DNA of 36,628 bases, taken from contig JWZX01003207.1 of NCBI GenBank assembly GCA_001275005.1, positions 1 through 36,628 on the forward strand. Direction: 5' to 3'. The notes under the pieces are model-generated. The model had not been told where the DNA came from. It did not search any database and saw only the letters and a list, made by a program, of their open reading frames with translations. The translations under genes and the position numbers were made by a program. Positions 29,801-36,628 of the stretch are shown in pieces (positions within the stretch are counted from its first letter, which is position 1; every line of letters starts with the position of its first letter). This stretch comes from Chrysochromulina tobinii. Taxonomy: Eukaryota.

Positions 29801-32271
29801 CTGCGTATTCGAGTTCGGCGACATGACCTCGTGCACGTCTTGGGAGGTGCACGGTCTGGGGCACACACTCGACAGGCGTATCGAGCCAAGGTCTACGCGC
29901 ATTCCCTACATCAACTACAGCGTTATCACCGACCCGTGTTTGGACGAATGGTTCGGTGTCACTTGCGACGAGGAGCGCGCAGCCGTCGCAATCCCCAATC
30001 AAACCGTCACGCAGCTCTGGCTGTATTCGAACAATCTCCAGGGAGAGATACCTTCGAGTATCAGCGAGCTTTTCTCGTTGCGCTCTTTCAGCTTGGGTTC
30101 GAACCGGCTGACAGGCCTCATCCCGAGCACCGTATGGCGAAACTTGACCGACCTTAGGTACTTATCGCTCGCGGAGAATTCGCTCATCGGCACCATTCCC
30201 GAGACGCTCACAGGCCTCCGCAGACTCGAAGAGCTTCGTCTGCACGCCAACGACCTTACCGGCAACATCCCCACAGCGCTGGGTCGCCTCTCTAACCTGC
30301 AATCACTGAGTCTGCACGCGAATCATCTACAGGGGCAGATCCCGTCGGAGCTCGGCGCGCTGAGCGCGCTCCAGTACCTCTGGATGAGCAGCAACAACTT
30401 GACAGGTGCTTTGCCAACTGAGATCGGTCGCCTGGGCCACCTGCGCTACCTGTGGTTTGCCAACAACTCAATCACGCGAATCCCTGCTGAGCTGGGAGAG
30501 TTGACGAGCCTGCGGTCGATAGACGGCAGCAACAACTCCATCTCTGACCGGTTGCCGTATTCGCTCGGAAGGCTCTCGAACCTGAAGGTCCTGAAGTTCG
30601 GCCACAATCGTCTGCGAGCCACAATCCCCGATGCACTTGGATCGTGCGTCTCGTTGGTCATCGTCGAGTTACAGCATAACCAATTGATCGGGCCCGTGCC
30701 TGCATCATTCGGTGAATTAGAGGAGCTCACGAGCCTAGACATATCGCACAACCTGCTGGAGCGTCGAGTGCCCGATTCGATCGAGGGTATGCGCAACTTG
30801 CAGACACTCCTCCTCAACGACAACAACTTAGAGGGCGGCCTTCCCAGCTCGATCGGAACGCTGCGCCGGCTCCAGCACCTGAACCTGGCGCGCAACCGGC
30901 TCACCGTGGGGCTTCCCGACACTCTGGCCAATTGCGATAATCTCGAACTCATCGACCTTCAGAACAACCAGATCGACGGTCCGCTTCCAGCAGGTATCTG
31001 GCGGCTGCAAATGCTCGAGTATTTGCTAATGACTGGTAACCGTGTGAGGGGACCGCTGCCAGAGGGCATCGGCTACCTCGCCCAGATCCGCGAGATCCGC
31101 CTGGACCGCAATTTGATCGACGGCACCATTCCGGCGACCATCGGCGACGCCGTGACGCTCGAGGTCTTAAGAATGGATGACAATCGCCTCTCAGGCTCCA
31201 TCCCAAGCACCATGGGCCAGCTCCGCAACGTGCTCAACCTAGACTTGCACAAGAATTCCCTCGTGGGCACGATTCCGACGCAGATAGCTGGGATGCAGAG
31301 CATGCTGACTCTCTAGTCTGCACGAGAACCAGCTCGGAGGGCAGATCCCCGATACCATCGGCAATCTCAGTTCGCTGAGGGAGCTGCGGGCGTCGCGGAA
31401 CAGGCTCGCCGGCGTGATTCCGGCGTCGTTCGGAAATCTGGGCTCGCTGCTGCGCCTGCAGCTCGATCAGAACAGCATCGGCGGCAGTATCCCCGAGACA
31501 CTCGGCGGCCTGCGCCGCCGCCTTAGGATGCTGCACCTGCAGGGCAATCGCATCAACGGGCTGCTGCCCACATTCTTCAGGTATCCTGAGTTTCGCTTGG
31601 TTTCAATCGACCTCGCTAACAACGAGCTCTGGTGCCCGCTGCCTGCGTGGCCGGCGCTCAACAATACTGCCTCTTGCCGGCACTGCCCTAACGACATCTA
31701 CCTCGATGACGCGCACCGCACATGCTCCGACCACGGAGTTTGTGTCGACGGGCAGCAGTGTCGGTGCGACCCGATGTGGGAGGGCGAGACCTGCAACCTG
31801 CTCCGGTGCCCGAACGCGTGCAACCAGAAGGGGAATTGCATCAACGAGCGCGAGCCGGAAGCGTGTGTGCTTAGCGGCGGCGCAAGGGCTAACACGACAA
31901 GCGTCGTCGACGGTATGTGCGAGAACCTGTCGGATGACTGCATCAAGGCCTTTCACGACTGTCCTCAGAATGGCATCAGCGTGCAGGTCGACTCGGAGGG
32001 CATCGTCCTAGCCGAGGAGATTACGCACAACCAAATCGTGTTCGCCCGTTGCATCTGCGACCCGGACGCGGCCTACTTTGGCAACGACTGCTCGATGCCG
32101 CCGCTGTCGCCGCCGACGGCCGAGCCGTGGCCGGACCCGTACGCCTCTGCCGCCCCGAAACGTGCAGCGCGCGAAGGCGCTGCGGCGAGTATGAGCTTTG
32201 TTCTCGTCATTGCCGCGGCGGTTGCGATAGGACGTGCGCAGCAAGGGAGGCGATTTCAGTGGCCAGGATAG
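26826..32271 (+). CDS. Large secreted or surface protein: signal peptide, YCF48/BNR-like propeller, LRRNT, about 22 plant-type LRRs, EGF-like domains and a hydrophobic C-terminus, with one +1 frame break at about 31314
   Basis: MLARIAFILLLPAHGSA is a signal-like start. There are AVG..G.I.RT.DGG..W repeats, DPCLDEWFGVTC, 24-aa LxxLxLxxNxLxGxIP repeats that continue in the next frame after 31314, and CSDHGVC...CRCDPMWEGETC. Confidence 0.88.
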
Positions 32272-32528
32272 ACACAGGTGGGGTCAGAATACTGTATCTT
32301 GAGACCGTGAGTCGTTCGCTCTCGTTCGAAACGTATTCCGTATCGTTCACGCCTCGAACATGAACAGTGTGCCTATACGCTTCCTCGGCGATCATCATCA
32401 TCCAATGGAAGATCCATCGATGAGCGATCCCACGCACGCCTTTTTCGGGGCTTGTGGGTCACTGTGTCTAGCCGGGAGGGCTCTGCCTCGAACGAACGAA
32501 CGAAGTGATGCGTCGTCATTTGTTTACG

Positions 32529-32570
32529 AGCGTGGGGGGACCGCGAAGAAACTGAAACTGAAACTGAAAC
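32529..32570 (+). mobile_element. Putative extremely 5'-truncated retroposon tail with (GAAACT)4
   Basis: TGTTTACG occurs at 32521-32528 and 32571-32578, flanking 42 bp that ends in a hexamer tandem repeat. Confidence 0.5.
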
Positions 32571-32650
32571 TGTTTACGTTTGGAAGTGCAAGTGGCAACA
32601 CGCTGAAAATTGTCGCGCCAAAAAGAAACGTATGAAACCTTCATAGGCCC

Positions 32651-35600
32651 ATGCTGACCGCTTTGCAGGCTATCTTATTCAGCAACTCGACCGCCTGCGC
32701 TGCCACACGTAAGGCCGCTGAGTCTGAGAAGGTACCACGGCCGCCAGCTGTCGCCTGCAGTGACGCCGATGAGGGCAACGATGATGTTCCCCAGCCAGCG
32801 AAGCGGCCGGCATCGGCCGTTGCAAGCCCACAAACTCTGACGAAGGTGGCCCTTACGCAATACAAGGGCACCGCGCTCGAGTCGGGCGGGGGCACTGGGA
32901 GCGAGCTTGAGGACGGCCAGCTCATCAGCCTGCTCAGCTCGCAGCTGCAACGTGGCCCACGAGCTGAGGCGGGCCAGATGATCATCAATGTCGCCAGACT
33001 GCTCGCCCGCTCGCCTCTCAACGAGCGCGCGCTGCTTTCGGCGCTGCCTCATATTATGACTTGCATGCAGCGCCACCTCGAGCACGAGGGGCTACAAGAG
33101 AGTGGCGTGGGCCTCCTCGGCAACCTCGCGGGCGGCGGCGCAGAGAGCCCGCTCGCGCTGCTGCGCTATGGTTGCCTGCACCATGTGGTCCAATGCCTGC
33201 AGCAACACGCTGATCATGCGGGCATCCAACGCAACGCGTATCGCTGCCTGCGAAACGTGACGAGCGCGGCTGTGGGCAGCGCCTCCACCGAGTGCGCCAC
33301 CTTCCTACTCGAGAGCCGCGTCCCGCAACTCGTGTGCTTCCTGCTCCACCGGCACATCGAGGACGTGCGCGTGCAGCAGCAGGCACTTGCGTGCGTGTGG
33401 AGCTTCGCGTGCTACTCCGAGCCACTCGCAAGGCTGCTCTCGCTCATCGCCGCCGCCGACGGCGTCCTGCGCGTGCTTGCGCGCCATCCGAGCTGCGCCG
33501 AGGTGCAGCGCGTTGGCTGCGGCGTGCTGCTCCAGCTGCTTGACACATGCGATGACACATGCGGTGGCGAGGCCGAGGCCGATCGCGCCATGTTGCCAAC
33601 GGCGCGTCCGTTCCCTCCGCCCGCGGTCATAGCGCCCGCCGCGCTCGCCGCCGCCGTTGCCCACCCTACCTCGGCCGCCGTGCAGGCCGTCGCAATCGAG
33701 CTCGTCTCGGCCCTCGAACGCTCGCGTCGCTCGCCGCGACTGCGCACGGAGCAATTGATCGACGGTCTGCGCTGTGCTCGCGCGGCCTTGGAGGCTCACG
33801 CTCACGAGGCGACGGTTGTGGTGGCGGTGTGCGAGCTTTACGAGGAGAGTCTCCAGGCGCACGCTGACGAGGGTGCCGGCACGTTCACAGCCGAGCGAAG
33901 CGGCCTCGGCGGGCAGAGTGCAGACGATGCGTGGATGCAGGGGCGCGTGCTCGAGGAGACACGCCCGATGCTGCCCTTGCTCTTTCGGGCGCTGCAGCAC
34001 GAGCACGGTGACGAGGGCACGTGGGTCGAGGTGGCCGAAAGGGCCTTGTCGCTGCTCGGGCGGCTTTGTGCGACGCGTCGTCTTGGGCTCCTCGTCGAGA
34101 CTCTCGCCGTGCGTGCGGCCATCGGTCTCGCGCACCGTTGGGCACAAGAGGTACGTGTCGTTATGGGTTCGATGCGTGTGCTGCGGTACCTTGCATCGCT
34201 CGCGCCGGCCATGATCGACGCGATCCTCGATGCCAATGGCCTTGGCGTGACGATTCGGGGAATGCGGCTGCATTCTAGGCCGCCTCGACGTGCAGGAAGC
34301 GGGCTGCTCGCTGCTCTGGAGCTGCGCGCTGCAGCCGGCGCCACATGCGCGGCTGCTGCCCTCGAGCGCGGATCTGCAAGAGGTGCTGCTCCCCCTCCTG
34401 GCAGACCCAAAGTGCGTCGCGAACGTGCCGCTTCAACGACAGCTGGGCGGGCTGCTCTGCACTCTCTCGCTACGGCCGCAGCACGGGCGCCACCTCGGCA
34501 CACCGCAGTGGCTCGCCACGCTCGCACGCGCGGCAGCCTCCTCGCACGCGTCACTCGATCCTCGTGTGCACGAATACGCCTGCGCCACGCTCGCCAACCT
34601 GCTCTGCCGCGGCGGCGTTGAGGTGCGCATGGCGGGTCGCGCTGCTACGCCACTTCTCTCGCCCGCCGCCCGGTTCGACGTAGTCGCTGCCGCCGCACTG
34701 GCGATGCGCATCGGTCTCGCCGCCGATGCCACGGCGACCCTCAACGCGGGCACACGGCTGGTGCGCCAGGCGGCCTCGGCGTGGGAGGGTAGCCTCGTGA
34801 GCCTTTTGCTGCGCGCCGAGGTCCCCTCGCTGTTATGGCGGGCGCTCCGAGACTCGGAGGCGGCGGCGAGGATGTCAGGAGCTGCAGAGCAGACAACAAT
34901 GGAGGCAGCTGCCGCTCTAGAGGCACTGCTTCGGCCCTTGAAGCCACGCCTGCAATTGGCACGCGCGGCCGATGCATGTGAGGGTGGCGCGTTTGGCAGG
35001 CACGTCGGCGAGCCGCCGCTCCCGACCGGTGGCACGCTCCCACGGCCGCCGGTGGCCTTTTACTCGCTGCTCTCTGCCCACGCGCTGGCTCGCTCGTGGC
35101 TGCCGGGAGCCGACTCCACCACCGGGAGTGAGTGTTGGCTGCTGCCCCTCCCATTCGCTTGTGGCGTGGCCGCGGGCGCCTCGGCCGATGCAGTCGCGGA
35201 CTGGCGCTTCCTCGCGACAGGGAGAGCGGCAGGTGCTCGCCCAGCACACCACCCTTTGAGCGCACCCGCAGCACACGTGGCCCCTAGCCGCGGCTCGGGC
35301 CGCTTTGAGGTCCTCGCGGAGGAGCTGCAGCTATTGATTCTCGCGCACGCGGCGGCTGACCTGCCCACCCTCCTCGCCGCGTACGCGACGTGTGCGCGAT
35401 GGCGCCGGCTGCTGCGTGCGAGCGACGTGACGCGGCGGCTCGACCTGACAGAGTACGCTGACGAGCTGCGCCGGGGAGCTCTTTGTCTCAAGACCCTCTG
35501 CGGGCTCTCGGTGGGTGGGCCGCACGCGCTTGCGTTGTGCGAGCTGCCCCCAACATTGCTCGAGGTGGCGCTACCACTGTGGTGCACCAAGCTGCGCATG

Positions 35601-36179
35601 CTCGATTTGAGTCGGTGTGCTGTCTCGAGCCTTGCTGTGCGCCGCATCGTCGAGGGATGCCGCCACTTGCGCGTGCTCGATCTCAGCGGTGCGGAGCAGC
35701 TCGATGACGCTGCACTCGCTGCACTCGGCTGCCACGCGGCTCAGTTGCAAACCCTCTCACTCAACGGCTGCTTGGGCATCACGGACGGGGGCCTTGATGC
35801 GATTGCCGCAGGCGTTCCGAGCTTGCGTGCCTTGCACCTCTTCGGATGTCCGGGCATCAGCGAACGTGGCGTTCGTAGCGTTGCGGAGGGCTGCGTTGAG
35901 CTCGAAGTGATCGACCTCACCGCCAGTGGCGGCGCCAATGACCTTGCTTTGCGTTCGCTAGTGATGAATCGCTGTACCACGTTACGCGCTCTCGGCGCCG
36001 GCGGCGCACAGCTAAGTGATGCAACGATGGTAGCTATCGCGACCACGTGCCACGCGCTCGAGGTTCTCTCCCTCCAGAACGTCATTGGTCTGACTTCGGT
36101 GGGCCCAGGCCCGCACTCTTCCACGATGACACTCTACGATCCGCTGTTTTGGCTGGGTGCGACGCGCCCATCGATGTAG
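32651..36179 (+). CDS. ARM-repeat plus F-box plus Cys-containing LRR protein, with a +1 frame break at about 34275
   Basis: ARM repeats (MQRHLEHEGLQESG, RHPSCAEVQRVGC) continue across frames as MRLH.GRLDVQEAGC. The F-box is FEVLAEELQLLIL...TCARWRRL, and the LRRs include LQTLSLNGCLGITDGGL. The true 3' end may be 36235. Confidence 0.82.
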
Positions 36180-36424
36180 CCGTCGACTGCGCGGACCAAC
36201 ACGTGTCACTGCCGCCTGAACTGGGTGGCTTATGAGTCGGACGTGTATAGTTGTAGATGGTCTTGATGTCGTTCCAGAGGACCAGCTGCCGTGCGGCATC
36301 GTCCGACTTTCTCTCACGCGCAGGTGAAGCAAACGCTTTAGAAACGCTTTAGTATCTGCCAAGGCGTTTTTTAGCCGTTCAGCTATCACGTGCGTTTAGT
36401 AGAGACTTAGCAACCGGGAAAAAC

Positions 36425-36628
36425 TAGGGATGGACCAGGTTTTCGTGGTTTGAACCGGGGAAAGCGGTCTGAACCAGCCCAAAGTGGTTTGGACCACCGA
36501 CGGTTCGTACCACTGTTTTCTGGTTTGAACCACTTTGCCAGTACAAACCAGAAATAAGTGGTATGAACCAGCTTCGTGGTTCACACCACTTTGGCTGGTT
36601 TGAACCTGAATTTCCGGTTTGAACCAGG
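36425..36628. mobile_element. Left end of an Ac/hAT-like DNA transposon with a subterminal palindrome array, running off the window
   Basis: It starts with TAGGGATG (an Ac/Ds-like terminus), followed by about 9 degenerate copies of the quasi-palindrome TGGTTTGAACCA. The other end is not visible. Confidence 0.65.

Noticed and set aside
33305..34273. Long antisense and alternate-frame ORFs (also 7519..8262, 17903..18541, 25307..26038)
   Set aside because: They are shadow ORFs expected in high-GC coding DNA, have no motifs, and overlap well-supported genes.
36440..36628. CRISPR-like repeat-spacer array
   Set aside because: The repeats are only 12 bp and degenerate, the spacers are about 5-15 bp, there are no cas genes and the context is eukaryotic. 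Transposon subterminal repeats explain it better.

Overview
This is GC-rich, gene-dense, intron-poor eukaryotic DNA, most likely from a microalga such as a haptophyte (inferred from composition and gene content, not verified). It holds about 13 host genes: a TPR protein, a PCIF1/CAPAM-like adenine methyltransferase, an ARM-repeat protein, a SET methyltransferase, a low-complexity hypothetical protein, FKBP+SAP, an FMN alpha-hydroxy acid dehydrogenase, FN3+DUF1997-like, a coiled-coil protein, an AGC kinase, a C5orf34-like protein, a giant propeller-LRR-EGF surface protein and an ARM-F-box-LRR protein. Mobile DNA is diverse. It includes a rearranged Gag-like region with a 276-bp inverted duplication (1-3000), a 469-bp hAT-like MITE with perfect TIRs and an 8-bp TSD, a 5'-truncated LINE with a 14-bp TSD, a 42-bp retro-tail-like insertion, and the left end of an Ac-like hAT element at the window edge. 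The most unusual object is an 83-bp perfect foldback, (GAGT)8-19 nt-(ACTC)8, flanked by an 8-bp target duplication. Several genes have single-base frame breaks, probably consensus errors but worth checking. No rRNA, tRNA or CRISPR array was seen.
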